Shown: positions 1-10,413 of the stretch, piece after piece | Layout: every line of letters begins with the position of its first letter | Numbering within the stretch: position 1 is the first letter of the stretch | Assembly (NCBI GenBank): GCA_015233195.1 | Contig: JADFYE010000014.1 | Coordinates: 1 to 60,432, forward strand | Length of the DNA stretch: 60,432 bases | Source of the DNA: Candidatus Omnitrophota bacterium | Lineage (GTDB): Bacteria > Omnitrophota > Gorgyraeia > Zapsychrales > Zapsychraceae | Direction: 5' to 3' | The notes under the pieces: model-generated | The model's database searches: none | Told to the model about the DNA's origin: nothing | The model's input: the letters and a program-made list of their open reading frames with translations, nothing else | Translations under genes and position numbers: made by a program

Positions 1-1
1 G

Positions 2-523
2 TATGATCAGGCAGTACTTTTATATACAGGTATAATGACTGATACAGGATCCTTTAGGTTTGATAATACTTCGCATCGGGCGCATGAGATCAGCGGTGAG
101 CTTTTGGATTTTGGTTTTTCCGCGAATGAAATATATCGTAAGATTTATGAAACCACGCCTTTGGGTGACATGAAATTACTTTCAAAAGTATTAACTCATT
201 TTGATTTGTTTGAGAACGATCAAGTTGTATTCGTAAATTTACCGAAACAAGTTATGGATCAATTTAGTGGTGAATTTGATTTGCGGGATCGTATATTTGA
301 TTTTTTCAGATCGATAAAAGAGATTGAAGCTGTAATTATATTTACCGAAGTTTCTCGTAAATTGACCAGGATAAATTTTCGGTCAAAGACTAGACTTAAT
401 GTAGCTAAATTATCAGAAATTTTTGGCGGTGGAGGACATAGACGGGCAAGCGGGTGCCAGATCGACCGAAGTATTAATCAAGCCCGGGCAATGGTATTGA
501 AACAACTCAAGAAAGTTTTTTAA
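2..523 (+). CDS. nrnA: DHH/DHHA1 bifunctional oligoribonuclease/PAP phosphatase, 5' partial
   Basis: Frame is open from the window edge (LYTGIMTDTGSFRF motif); C-terminal FGGGGHRRASG DHHA1 motif; lies directly upstream of ribF. Confidence 0.88.
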   Translation, partial: YDQAVLLYTGIMTDTGSFRFDNTSHRAHEISGELLDFGFSANEIYRKIYETTPLGDMKLLSKVLTHFDLFENDQVVFVNLPKQVMDQFSGEFDLRDRIFDFFRSIKEIEAVIIFTEVSRKLTRINFRSKTRLNVAKLSEIFGGGGHRRASGCQIDRSINQARAMVLKQLKKVF

Positions 524-1467
524 TGGAGCCCATGAAAGTTATTAAAGGGATTAGTAAAGCTAAGGGTTGTTTTAAAGATATTGTTTTGGTGATTGGTATT
601 TTTGATGGACTGCATATCGGACACCAAAAGCTTATCCAACAAGCTATTAACCGGGCTAAGGAACTTAAGGCTAAGGTTGTAGTTTTGACATTTTCTCCTC
701 ATCCGATGCTGGTGCTTCATCCTGAGTATCATTTTAAAAAAATCTCATCATTAGCGTACCGGCTGAAATTATTTGAACAGTTTGGTTTGGATGCTGTGGT
801 AGTAGCGCGTTTTTCAAAACAGTTTTCAGAAATGACACCTGAGCTTTTTGTCAGGCGTTATTTAAAAGATATCTTTAAGGTGAAAGAAGTATTTGTAGGT
901 GATGATTTTCGGTTTGGGCAAGAGCGCCAAGGCACAATTACAACTTTTGGTGAATTAGCTCGTAGATTTGGATTTTCGTTAAGAATAGTTCCGCAGGTTT
1001 TGCGGGGTGCTGAAAAAATCAGTAGCACATTAATACGACGCATGATAACGAATGGGGATTTGGATATTGTTGAAGCGTGGCTGGGTCGTAAATTCGGGAT
1101 TATGGGTAAAGTTGAACGGGGGGACGGCAGAGGCAAGACTTTAGGTTTCCCGACGATAAATATTTATCCGGATCCGCTGCAAATTTTACCGCCGCAAGGT
1201 ATATACGCGGTATATGTTGAGGTGGATAGTAAAATTTATTCTGGAGTTTCAGTTATCGGTCAACGTAAAACATTTCATTCCGCTAATCCAAATGTTAATA
1301 TCGAGACTTATATTTTTGATTTTGCAAATGATGTTTATGGGCAAGAGGTGGTGGTTCAGTTTGTAAAATTTATCCGCGAAGAAAAGAAATTCTATTCTGC
1401 AATGGCTCTCATTGATCAGATTAAAAATGATGTAGAATCCGCAAAAAAAATTCTAAAAATTAATTAA
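523..1467 (+). CDS. ribF: Riboflavin kinase / FAD synthetase
   Basis: IGIFDGLHIGH, VGDDFRFG, ISSTLIR and GDGRGKTLGFPTIN motifs. Confidence 0.96.
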   Translation: MEPMKVIKGISKAKGCFKDIVLVIGIFDGLHIGHQKLIQQAINRAKELKAKVVVLTFSPHPMLVLHPEYHFKKISSLAYRLKLFEQFGLDAVVVARFSKQFSEMTPELFVRRYLKDIFKVKEVFVGDDFRFGQERQGTITTFGELARRFGFSLRIVPQVLRGAEKISSTLIRRMITNGDLDIVEAWLGRKFGIMGKVERGDGRGKTLGFPTINIYPDPLQILPPQGIYAVYVEVDSKIYSGVSVIGQRKTFHSANPNVNIETYIFDFANDVYGQEVVVQFVKFIREEKKFYSAMALIDQIKNDVESAKKILKIN

Positions 1468-1497
1468 TTAAATTTATTAACCTTTTACCTTTTTTTA

Positions 1498-1526
1498 TTG
1501 ACAAGTAGGGTCTATTTATGTATATT
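1498..1526 (+). promoter_or_regulatory. Sigma70-type promoter of the dcw cluster
   Basis: TTGACA (1498-1503), 17-nt spacer, TATATT (1521-1526), upstream of mraZ. Confidence 0.75.
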
Positions 1527-1536
1527 TGGATACGTG

Positions 1537-1560
1537 GTGGGGGGATGTGGAGTAAAGTGG
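1537..1560 (+). promoter_or_regulatory. MraZ binding repeats (GTGG-N6 direct repeats)
   Basis: GTGG at 1537, 1547 and 1557, exactly 10 nt apart, between the promoter and the mraZ start; matches the known MraZ operator layout. Confidence 0.8.
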
Positions 1561-1585
1561 TTTATAAGAGAAATGCTAAAAATTT

Positions 1586-2023
1586 ATGTTTTACGGTGAA
1601 TTTAGACACAGCTTAGACGAAAAAGGACGTATTATCCTGCCCTCCAAGTTTAGAGATACTTGTGTTGAGCATGGTATAGAAAAATTCTTTTTGACCCGTG
1701 GTTTAGATAAATGCGTTTTTATGTTTACTGAAGAGGAATGGCGGCTTCAAGAACAGAAATTTAAAGCCAAACCTTTTACGAAAAAAGAAACCCGGATGTT
1801 TAATCGTTTATTTTTTTCTGGAGCAGTTGATACTATTCCGGATAAACAGGGTCGTTTTATTGTTCCTCAATATTTGAAAGATTATGCTGCGATTGAAAAG
1901 GATACGGTTTTAATTGGTGTATCGAATAGGATTGAAATCTGGGATCGTAAGACTTGGGATAATTTTTACGCAGCGTCGAATGATTCGTTTGAGCAAATTG
2001 CCGAAAATATGATTGATCTTTAA
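1586..2023 (+). CDS. mraZ: Transcriptional regulator MraZ
   Basis: MFYGEFRHSLDEKGRIILP, DKQGRFIVP and GVSNRIEIW; first gene of the dcw cluster. Confidence 0.97.
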   Translation: MFYGEFRHSLDEKGRIILPSKFRDTCVEHGIEKFFLTRGLDKCVFMFTEEEWRLQEQKFKAKPFTKKETRMFNRLFFSGAVDTIPDKQGRFIVPQYLKDYAAIEKDTVLIGVSNRIEIWDRKTWDNFYAASNDSFEQIAENMIDL

Positions 2024-2034
2024 GAGATTTTTTT

Positions 2035-2961
2035 GTGAATCAACAAGATAAAAACTCGACTCGGGGGGAGGCACTCTTCGGCCATGTATCTGTGATGCCG
2101 AATGAAGTTTGCGAGTTTTTATCAGTACGGTCGGGGGGCGTGTACGTTGATGGTACGTTAGGGTTAGGCGGTCATGCACAGATGATCTTAAAGTCGCTGG
2201 GGGGAGCTGGCCGCCTAATTGCTATCGATCAAGATTTGTCCGCGTTAGAGCAGGCGCGTAAGCGTTTGGCTGAATACGGGGAACAATGTGTCTTGGTACA
2301 TGATAATTTTAAGAATATTGACGCTATTTTGAATGCTCGGGGGGAGCATGCAATAGATGGAGCCCTGCTGGATCTGGGGGTTTCTAGTTATCAGTTAGAT
2401 GAAGCCGAACGTGGTTTCAGCATAAAAGGCGACGGTCCTTTGGATATGAGAATGAATTCCCAAGGATCGGTCTCTGCTTATGAACTGGTAAATACTTTAC
2501 CTGAAAATGAAATTGAGCGGATCATCCGTGAGTACGGCGAGGATCGTTTCAGTAAACGCATTGCCAAATCAATTTGTTATGTCAGGGCGAATGCGCCGAT
2601 CTCGACCACCGAGGATCTTAGGCGTGCAGTTATGAAGGCTATGCCGCAGGGAAGGTCGTGGCAGAAGACTCATCCTGCGACGCGGACTTTTCAGGCTTTT
2701 CGAATTGCAGTTAATCAAGAATTAGATGTTTTGACAATTGGTCTTAAAGCGTTGATCCGAAGGTTATCTTCTGGAGGACGTATAGTAATAATTTCTTTTC
2801 ATTCTTTGGAAGACCGTATAGTAAAAAATATTTTTCGTGAAGAAGCGCAGAATGGGGTTTTAAATATTTTGACAAGAAAACCTCTTATTCCGTCTGATAA
2901 AGAAGCAGAAGAGAATCCTAGATCTCGCAGCGCGAAATTACGCGCAGCAGAAAGAATATAA
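2035..2961 (+). CDS. rsmH: 16S rRNA m4C1402 methyltransferase
   Basis: DGTLGLGGH, DLGVSSYQLD, HPATRTFQAFRIAVNQE and NPRSRSAKLR motifs. Confidence 0.97.
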   Translation: MNQQDKNSTRGEALFGHVSVMPNEVCEFLSVRSGGVYVDGTLGLGGHAQMILKSLGGAGRLIAIDQDLSALEQARKRLAEYGEQCVLVHDNFKNIDAILNARGEHAIDGALLDLGVSSYQLDEAERGFSIKGDGPLDMRMNSQGSVSAYELVNTLPENEIERIIREYGEDRFSKRIAKSICYVRANAPISTTEDLRRAVMKAMPQGRSWQKTHPATRTFQAFRIAVNQELDVLTIGLKALIRRLSSGGRIVIISFHSLEDRIVKNIFREEAQNGVLNILTRKPLIPSDKEAEENPRSRSAKLRAAERI

Positions 2962-3320
2962 TGAATTTGTTTAAATTCATAAGGTTGACTGGTTTTTGCA
3001 CGCTCTTGGCGCTGGTCTATATTCACATGCAAATGAATATAATGGATAATGCGTATCAACAAGAGAAGCAAGGTCGGCGGATTAAAGAATTAGCTGAATT
3101 TAATGGGAATATGCGATATGTAATTTTGAGGTTTAAATCCGCTAACTATATCGGCGATAAAATCTTCGCGGATAAGTCAGATATGCAGTTTGTAGACCAA
3201 GCTAATGTGGTACAAGTTTCAAGTGTGCAAACTGTTCCTGAAAATGCTCAATTGGGTGAGAGTAAAAAAAATTTATCTGATTCGCTCTTGAGTTTTTTAG
3301 GTAATGGAATTACCAAGTAG
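2961..3320 (+). CDS. ftsL: Probable cell division protein FtsL-like
   Basis: Positioned between rsmH and ftsI; single N-terminal TM followed by a coiled-coil-like segment. Sequence is divergent, so the call is mostly positional. Confidence 0.6.
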   Translation: MNLFKFIRLTGFCTLLALVYIHMQMNIMDNAYQQEKQGRRIKELAEFNGNMRYVILRFKSANYIGDKIFADKSDMQFVDQANVVQVSSVQTVPENAQLGESKKNLSDSLLSFLGNGITK

Positions 3321-3330
3321 AATATTGTTT

Positions 3331-3369
3331 CAGGTTTCATCGGGGGGTGAAACCTGGTTTTCCTTTTTT
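3331..3369 (+). terminator. Hairpin with T-rich tail (possible terminator or attenuator)
   Basis: CAGGTTTCA / TGAAACCTG stem followed by GTTTTCCTTTTTT. Confidence 0.5.
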
Positions 3370-3383
3370 AATTCTCTTCACGA

Positions 3384-5138
3384 ATGTTAAGCGTGCACAA
3401 TTCAAGGTACGTCCTAAGGTTTGGTATTATTTTCTTAGGCCTGATCGGCCTATTTATCTATTTTGCTATTCGGCTTTCTACGTTGTATATTTTTAGTTCT
3501 TCCCGTCTTACAGAACTTGCTGATCGTCAACAACATCATATAGTTGATCTTGAACCAGTACGGGGTACAGTGTTTGACCGTAATCTTAGACCATTGGCTT
3601 TTAACACTGCTGTCTATTCAGTTTTTGCTAATACCCGGGCTATGCGGGATGAGGATAAACGCCAGGCAATAGCAGTTTTGCCGAATTTATTGGGTGAGAG
3701 TCCGGCGTACATTCAAGACAAATTAAGTAAGAGCAGATATTTTATTTGGGTGAAACGGAAGATAGATCCTGGAGTGGCAGATCAGATAAAGGCTCAAAAG
3801 ATCCGGGGGATTGGTTTTCGTAAAGAGTCAAAAAGATTTTATCCGAACGGGTATTTAGCGTCGCATATCATTGGTTTTTCGAATGTGGATAATCAAGGTA
3901 TGGAGGGTGTGGAATTACAATTTGATAATGAACTAAAAGGTACTGCAGGTTGGATGAATGTTTTGCGGGACGCGCGTTTAAGAGATTTACAGGTTGATGA
4001 TGATTTTTTAAATCCAAAAGACGGGAATTCAATTGAGTTGACGATTGATGAAACTATTCAGTATATAGCTGAACGCGCCTTAGACGAAGGATATAAGAAG
4101 CATAATGCTAAAGGCGGTTCGATTATTGTGATGAATGTAAAGACCGGTGAGATATTGGCTTTAGCAAATCGTCCGACGTATGATCTTAGTAAATATGCAG
4201 ACAGTGATGTGGCTAGCCGGACTAATCGGGCAATTAGTTTTGTTTATGAACCAGGTTCGGTATTTAAAATAGTTACAGCTTCGGCTGCTCTCGAAGAAGG
4301 GGCTTTTACTGAGAAAGATAAGATATTTTGTGAGAATGGTCAGTATAAGGTAGCTAACCATATTTTACACGATCATACTTCGCATGGACTTTTGACTTTT
4401 CAGGAAGTGTTTGAAGTTTCGAGTAATATCGGGGTTACAAAGATAGCGCAGAAATTAGGACCGGATAAAATTTATGAATATATAAATAAATTTCGTTTTG
4501 GAAAATCTACGGGTATAGATCTGAAAGGTGAAGTTAATGGCTGGGTAAAGAAACCTAGTGTTTGGTCTAAGACTTCAATCGGCGCTATTCCTATTGGACA
4601 GGAAGTTACAGTCACGCCTATTCAGTTAGTGTCTGCTACTGCTGCAGTAGCTAACGGCGGGGTGTATATGAAGCCGTATGTAGTTAAAGCGATTATAAGT
4701 TCGGACAATAAAGTTATAAAGTCGTTTGAGCCGCAAGTAGAAGAACGGGTTATAGGAGAGGATATTGCGCGGCGATTGACGGAGATATTAGTAGGGGTTG
4801 TAGAAAAAGGTACTGCGACTAAAGCGAAAATAAAAGGGATACGGGTCGCAGGGAAAACTGGTACTGCTCAAAAAGTTGAGAATGGCGCGTATACTCATAG
4901 TAAATTTTATTCTACGTTTATGGGATATGCGCCGGCAGATGATCCGGTTTTAGCCGCGATCGTTGTATATGATGAACCTCATCCAAGTTATTTCGGCGGT
5001 ACAGTCAGCGCCCCGGTGTTTAAGCGCGTGGTCGAGGATTCTTTAAGATATTTAAGGACTAAAGGTGAATGGAATGGAAATATAATAGCGTCGACACCTA
5101 AAGATGAAGCGAAAAATGAACCGAAATATAATGATTAG
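3384..5138 (+). CDS. ftsI: Class B penicillin-binding protein (PBP3/FtsI)
   Basis: N-terminal TM, RGTVFDRN, EPGSVFK (SxxK), SSN and KTGTAQK motifs. Confidence 0.95.
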   Translation: MLSVHNSRYVLRFGIIFLGLIGLFIYFAIRLSTLYIFSSSRLTELADRQQHHIVDLEPVRGTVFDRNLRPLAFNTAVYSVFANTRAMRDEDKRQAIAVLPNLLGESPAYIQDKLSKSRYFIWVKRKIDPGVADQIKAQKIRGIGFRKESKRFYPNGYLASHIIGFSNVDNQGMEGVELQFDNELKGTAGWMNVLRDARLRDLQVDDDFLNPKDGNSIELTIDETIQYIAERALDEGYKKHNAKGGSIIVMNVKTGEILALANRPTYDLSKYADSDVASRTNRAISFVYEPGSVFKIVTASAALEEGAFTEKDKIFCENGQYKVANHILHDHTSHGLLTFQEVFEVSSNIGVTKIAQKLGPDKIYEYINKFRFGKSTGIDLKGEVNGWVKKPSVWSKTSIGAIPIGQEVTVTPIQLVSATAAVANGGVYMKPYVVKAIISSDNKVIKSFEPQVEERVIGEDIARRLTEILVGVVEKGTATKAKIKGIRVAGKTGTAQKVENGAYTHSKFYSTFMGYAPADDPVLAAIVVYDEPHPSYFGGTVSAPVFKRVVEDSLRYLRTKGEWNGNIIASTPKDEAKNEPKYND

Positions 5139-5143
5139 AAAAT

Positions 5144-6604
5144 ATGCGATTAGATAAAATATTATCCGATGAGATCATTGAGCAGTTGCCTACGGAATTA
5201 TCGTCGAGGGAGATTTCCGTGGTGGTTTGTGATTCGCGTTTGGCAGAAAAGACTTGTTTGTTTTTTGCAGTTGAGGGAAGTGTTAAAAATGGCGCGCAGT
5301 TTATTGCTGATGCTGTTAGTCGGGGAGCTAAGACAGTAGTTGGTCAGGGTGTGGCTGGTTATAAAGTTGAAAATGGCGTTTTGTATATTAATGTTAATGA
5401 TCCGGCGAAACGGCTGCGTCAGGCTGTAGATAATTTTTATGGTCATCCGTCTGGATCAGTAAAATGTTTGGGTATTACCGGTACTAATGGTAAAACTACT
5501 ATTACATATTTATTACGTTCGATTTTCGGCGAGGCTGGCAAAGCCTGCGGAGTATTAGGCACTATTCAACATGTGATCGGCGATGAAGTTATTGAAGCAA
5601 AAAATACTACTCCGGGTTTAGTGGATATCCAAAAATATTTGGCATTGATGCGGGATCATAAAATGCAGTATTGCGCGATGGAAGTTTCTTCTCATGGTTT
5701 GGCGCAGAACCGGGTTGATCTTATTGATTTTAGTCAGGCGATATTTACTAATCTTACCCAGGATCATTTGGATTATCATAAGACCGAAGAAGAGTATTTT
5801 TTAGCAAAAGCCAAACTTTTCACGTCGCTTAAGTCTGATGCCTATGCGGTCATTAATATGGATGATCCCAGAGGTAAACGTTTAGCTAAGATGACAAGCG
5901 CTAAAGTTATCGGATACGCGGTTGATAATAGATCAGAGGTTCGCGCGGTTGATGTAAAAATGAGCGCGGCTGGATCAGAATTTAAATTGGTGCATGTTAA
6001 AGGTGAATTTATCGTCAAGACTTGTTTAATTGGTAAACACAATATTTATAATATTTTGGCTGCAGCGTCTGCGGCTTTGAACGAGAACATTGATCCGAAA
6101 TTTATTCAGAGCGGCATATTGAAGTGCTCTTTGGTCAAAGGTCGTCTGGAAAAAGTGGATTATGGTCAGGATTATTCAATATTCATTGATTACGCGCATA
6201 CGGATGATGCTTTAAAGAATGTTTTGGAATCATTAAAAAAACTGCCGCATCAAAAAATTATTTTAATATTCGGCTGCGGCGGTGACCGGGATAAAACCAA
6301 GCGTCCTAAAATGGCAAAAGTTGCGGGTGAATTAGCTGATTATTCGATTGTGACGTCGGATAATCCGCGCAGTGAAGATCCAAAACAAATTATTGAAGAG
6401 GTTATAAAAGGTTTTAATAAAAATAATTATGAAGTTGAAGTGGATAGGACTGAGGCGATTCGAAAAGGTTTAGCTTTGGCGAAAAAAGGCGACATTGTAT
6501 TGTTGGCAGGCAAAGGGCATGAGACCTATCAAATATTTAAAGACAAAACTATTGATTACGACGAGCGTGTAGTTATAAAGGAAATTTTGCATGTTATTAA
6601 TTAG
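5144..6604 (+). CDS. murE: UDP-MurNAc-tripeptide synthetase (mDAP-type, DNPR motif)
   Basis: GITGTNGKTT, MEVSSH, DYAHT, SDNPR and AGKGHE motifs. Confidence 0.97.
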   Translation: MRLDKILSDEIIEQLPTELSSREISVVVCDSRLAEKTCLFFAVEGSVKNGAQFIADAVSRGAKTVVGQGVAGYKVENGVLYINVNDPAKRLRQAVDNFYGHPSGSVKCLGITGTNGKTTITYLLRSIFGEAGKACGVLGTIQHVIGDEVIEAKNTTPGLVDIQKYLALMRDHKMQYCAMEVSSHGLAQNRVDLIDFSQAIFTNLTQDHLDYHKTEEEYFLAKAKLFTSLKSDAYAVINMDDPRGKRLAKMTSAKVIGYAVDNRSEVRAVDVKMSAAGSEFKLVHVKGEFIVKTCLIGKHNIYNILAAASAALNENIDPKFIQSGILKCSLVKGRLEKVDYGQDYSIFIDYAHTDDALKNVLESLKKLPHQKIILIFGCGGDRDKTKRPKMAKVAGELADYSIVTSDNPRSEDPKQIIEEVIKGFNKNNYEVEVDRTEAIRKGLALAKKGDIVLLAGKGHETYQIFKDKTIDYDERVVIKEILHVIN

Positions 6605-7958
6605 TGAAATTGTTAAGGCGACAAACGGAAAATTAGTTAGTAAAGGATTAGTTTTAAATGTAGATGCAGTTTCTACTGATTCAAGAAATGTTCTACCGGG
6701 TGAATTATTTTTTGCTATTGTTGGTGAAAAATTTGACGCGCATAATTTTTTGAATGAGGTAGTTAAAAAAGGTATTACTGCAGTGGTTGTGTCAAAGCCG
6801 GTTTCCCTTCCTGCGCAGGTCGCTGTTATAAAAGTAAAAGATACTACTGAAGCATTAGGTGATCTGGCGCGTTATTATCGAAATAAATTTGATATTCCGG
6901 TTATTGCTATTACAGGCAGCGCTGGAAAAACTACTACGAAAGATATGATTGCTTCGGTTTTATCTGAACGATACCAGGTATTGAAAAGTGTTAAAAGTTT
7001 TAATAATAAATATGGCGTGCCTTTAACTATTTTAAAGTTGCGTAAAGAGCATATGGTTTTGATCTTGGAATTAGGAACTAATCACCGAGGAGAAATAGCA
7101 GCTTTAGCTAAGATTGCTCAGCCGACCATGTGTGTATTTACGACCATAGGCGAATCGCATTTGGAAGGTTTAGGCAGTACCTTGGGAGTGTTTAAAGAAA
7201 AAAGCCAAATGGTAAGGCACATGAAACGCGACGGGATCGTGGTCTATAATTCGGATAATAAATATTTGCGGGCTTTTTCGTCAGACAAATATAGATTTCC
7301 AAAATTCAGTTATTCAGTTGAACAGGAATCTGATTTCAAAGCTGAGGACATTAAGCAGGATGCTCGTAAAATATCTTTTAAGGTGAAAAATCAAGATTTT
7401 ATTTTGAGTTCTCCAGTTTCGCACAATACCCATAACGCGTTAGCAGCGCTGGTGTGCGGCAAACTTTTAGGATTGTCATATAATGAAATAAAATCTGGAT
7501 TAAAAAAATTCAAGAATCCTGACGGAAGACAGAATATTTGTGCTATAAAAAAGAGAGTGTTAATTGACGATACCTATAACGCTAATCCAGTTTCATACCG
7601 CAGCGCGATTGATACGTTGAATAAGTGGTCGGGTAATGTTACTAAAATTTTAGTTTGCGGCGATATGTTGGAATTGGGAGAGGAAAAGATTGAACAGCAC
7701 AAGTCTTTAGGCAGGGTTGTTGCTGATACGAATATTGATGTGGTCGTAACTCTGGGTACCAATGCTGCGTATATAGGACAGGAAGTTAAAAAATTTTCGG
7801 ATAAAAAGGTTTATATTTGCAAAACTATTAAGCAGGTTGAATCTAGATTAAAAACTGTATGCAGAAATACCAGTTCTGTAATTTTAGTTAAAGGTTCTCG
7901 CGGCATGAAAATGGAACGCGCAGTTGAGTTTTTAAAACAATATTTTAAAAAATTATAG
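6591..7958 (+). CDS. murF: UDP-MurNAc-pentapeptide ligase
   Basis: ITGSAGKTTTK, DDTYNANP, GDMLELG and KGSRG motifs. Confidence 0.97.
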   Translation: MLLISEIVKATNGKLVSKGLVLNVDAVSTDSRNVLPGELFFAIVGEKFDAHNFLNEVVKKGITAVVVSKPVSLPAQVAVIKVKDTTEALGDLARYYRNKFDIPVIAITGSAGKTTTKDMIASVLSERYQVLKSVKSFNNKYGVPLTILKLRKEHMVLILELGTNHRGEIAALAKIAQPTMCVFTTIGESHLEGLGSTLGVFKEKSQMVRHMKRDGIVVYNSDNKYLRAFSSDKYRFPKFSYSVEQESDFKAEDIKQDARKISFKVKNQDFILSSPVSHNTHNALAALVCGKLLGLSYNEIKSGLKKFKNPDGRQNICAIKKRVLIDDTYNANPVSYRSAIDTLNKWSGNVTKILVCGDMLELGEEKIEQHKSLGRVVADTNIDVVVTLGTNAAYIGQEVKKFSDKKVYICKTIKQVESRLKTVCRNTSSVILVKGSRGMKMERAVEFLKQYFKKL

Positions 7959-7968
7959 AGGGTTTTTT

Positions 7969-9054
7969 ATGTTTTTTTATTTAAGCCAATTTAAAGATTT
8001 ATTTTTTGGATTTAACATTTTTAGATATATCACTTTTCGTGCGGCTATGGCAGGATTGACTACATTTTTATTTTGTATGATCTTGGGTCCGATGTTTATA
8101 AGATGGCTGCAAAATATGCGGTTAAAAGAAATAGCCAAACGGCAGGATGCTCCGGGATTGGATCAGTTTCAAAAAGTTAAAGAAGGTACGCCGACCATGG
8201 GCGGCATATTTATTGTAGTGAGTATTTTACTTTCAGTATTGTTGTGGGCGGATATGACAAATTGTTATGTGATTTTTACTACAATTACTTGTTTATATTT
8301 GGCAATTTTAGGCGGGGTGGATGATTATGTAAAGTTAAAAGGTATAGGCAAGCATCGCGGGTTATCAATGCGGACTAAAATGTTTTGGGAAATATTTTTA
8401 GGTTTTTTTATTGGGTCATATGTTTATTTTAGTCCTAATATTCCGGTAGATGTGACTTTTCCGTTTCTGAAATTTTCGATGAATATTGGATGGGGATATA
8501 TTTTTTTTGCAGCGTTTGTTATCATTGGGACTTGCAACGCGGTTAATTTTACCGACGGGTTAGATGGCTTGGCTATTGGTTGTGTTTTATTCGCCAGTTT
8601 AACTTTGGCAGTGTTAAGTTATATTACAGGACATGCTTTGTTCTCGAATTATTTGCTTTTGCCGTATATTCCAGGGGCAGGTGAGTTAACTGTATTTTGT
8701 GCTGCTATAGCTGGCGCGAGTTTGGGATTTTTGTGGTTTAATTGTCAGCCGGCTAATGTGTTTATGGGAGACGTTGGATCATTGGCTTTGGGAGGGACTT
8801 TAGGGGTTATCGCGATATTCATTAAAAAAGAATTATTGCTTCCGATTATCGGAGGAGTATTTGTGCTTGAGGCTTTGTCAGTGATATTGCAGATTGGGTC
8901 TTTTAAATTGACTGGAAACCGGATATTTAAAATGGCGCCGTTTCATCATCATTTGCAGTTGAGCGGATGGAAAGAATCAAAGATCATTATACGGTTCTGG
9001 ATATTGGCTGTAATTTTTGCGTTGTTAGCTTTAACAACTTTGAAGATAAGGTAA
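7969..9054 (+). CDS. mraY: Phospho-N-acetylmuramoyl-pentapeptide transferase
   Basis: KEGTPTMGG, NAVNFTDGLDGL, FMGDVGS and MAPFHHH motifs; multi-TM. Confidence 0.97.
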   Translation: MFFYLSQFKDLFFGFNIFRYITFRAAMAGLTTFLFCMILGPMFIRWLQNMRLKEIAKRQDAPGLDQFQKVKEGTPTMGGIFIVVSILLSVLLWADMTNCYVIFTTITCLYLAILGGVDDYVKLKGIGKHRGLSMRTKMFWEIFLGFFIGSYVYFSPNIPVDVTFPFLKFSMNIGWGYIFFAAFVIIGTCNAVNFTDGLDGLAIGCVLFASLTLAVLSYITGHALFSNYLLLPYIPGAGELTVFCAAIAGASLGFLWFNCQPANVFMGDVGSLALGGTLGVIAIFIKKELLLPIIGGVFVLEALSVILQIGSFKLTGNRIFKMAPFHHHLQLSGWKESKIIIRFWILAVIFALLALTTLKIR

Positions 9055-9060
9055 AAGGAG

Positions 9061-9084
9061 CCCTGAACCACGCAGGGTTCAGGG
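9061..9084. repeat. Intergenic palindrome between mraY and murD
   Basis: CCCTGAACC-ACGCAG-GGTTCAGGG, a perfect 9-bp stem with no clear poly-T tail. Confidence 0.55.
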
Positions 9085-9096
9085 TGATTAAAATTT

Positions 9097-10413
9097 ATGG
9101 ATTTACAAAATAAAAAAGTAGTTATTATCGGTGCGCAGAAGAGCGGTTTGGCTGCGGCAAAGTTAGCTAAGACTGCGGGCGCGTCGCTGGTAAAGATATC
9201 GGAGATGTCGCTTCCTGAAAAATTTGATGCTTCAGTTCATTCATTTTTAAAAGAATTTGGAATTGAAGTTGAATGGGGCGGACATACTAAAGATTTTGTT
9301 CAAGATTCGGATTGGGTTATTTTGAGTCCGGGAGTTCGTTTTGACGCTGATCCAGTTAAATGGGCTAAAGAGAAATGTTTGCCAGTTTTAGGAGAGATTG
9401 AATTTGCTTTTCAATTTTGCAAAGTTCCGGTGATTGCGGTTACTGGAAGTAATGGAAAAACTACTACGGTTAATTTGATCAAGAATGTTTTAGTCAGCGC
9501 AGGATATAAAGCTTGTTTGTGCGGGAACGTGGGTACGCCTTTTTCAGAATACGCGTATGAGATAAATCAGAATGATTTTGTGGTGTTAGAGGTGAGTTCT
9601 TTTCAAATGGAATCTTTGGTGCGACCGGAAAGTATTTTTCGCAGCGAAAAAAGTCCGGCGGGATGGACGGTAAGAGGGTTTAAACCTTATATTGGTGTTA
9701 TTTTGAATTTTAATCCTAATCATTTAGACCGTCACGCGGATATAGACGAATATTTTAACGCTAAAAGCCAGATATTTCTAAATCAGACCTCAGAAGATTT
9801 TGCGGTTTTAAATGGGAATGCTCCACGTTTGGCTGAGCTGGCAGAACGTTTGCCGTCTAAGATTGAGTTTTATAATAAAAATATCCCGATTGAGAATGCT
9901 AATTTGAATGATAATCAATTAGCGGTTTTAAGAGTTGCTCAAATTCTTAATATTAAGCCTGTGGTTTGTCAGGAAGTATTTAATTCGTTTAAAGGTATTC
10001 AGCATCGGATGGAATTTGTGAGAAACTTAAATGGCGTTGATTATATAAATGATTCTAAAGCTACTACAGTTGAGTCTGGAGAATGGGCGCTGAATGCTAT
10101 GAATAAGTCGGTGATAATGATTTGTGGCGGTTATGATAAAAAATTAGATTATCGTCCGTTGCGTGAATTAGTTAGGGAAAAAGTTAAACATATGATAGTG
10201 ATCGGTGATACTCGTCCACGTTTGAAAGAAACCTTTTCGGATGTGGTGGCTTTACAGGAGGCGGATAGTTTTGAACAAGCAATACTTACTGCTAAAAACA
10301 TTGCTAAATCCGGGGAATGTGTTTTATTAAGTCCGATGTGCGCGAGTTTTGATATGTTTAAAAATTTTGAACATCGGGGAGAAGAATTTAAGAGGATCGT
10401 GAATAGTTTATGA
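9097..10413 (+). CDS. murD: UDP-MurNAc-L-Ala-D-Glu ligase
   Basis: VTGSNGKTT, LEVSSFQ, HLDRH, NDSKAT and LSPMCASFD motifs. Confidence 0.97.
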   Translation: MDLQNKKVVIIGAQKSGLAAAKLAKTAGASLVKISEMSLPEKFDASVHSFLKEFGIEVEWGGHTKDFVQDSDWVILSPGVRFDADPVKWAKEKCLPVLGEIEFAFQFCKVPVIAVTGSNGKTTTVNLIKNVLVSAGYKACLCGNVGTPFSEYAYEINQNDFVVLEVSSFQMESLVRPESIFRSEKSPAGWTVRGFKPYIGVILNFNPNHLDRHADIDEYFNAKSQIFLNQTSEDFAVLNGNAPRLAELAERLPSKIEFYNKNIPIENANLNDNQLAVLRVAQILNIKPVVCQEVFNSFKGIQHRMEFVRNLNGVDYINDSKATTVESGEWALNAMNKSVIMICGGYDKKLDYRPLRELVREKVKHMIVIGDTRPRLKETFSDVVALQEADSFEQAILTAKNIAKSGECVLLSPMCASFDMFKNFEHRGEEFKRIVNSL

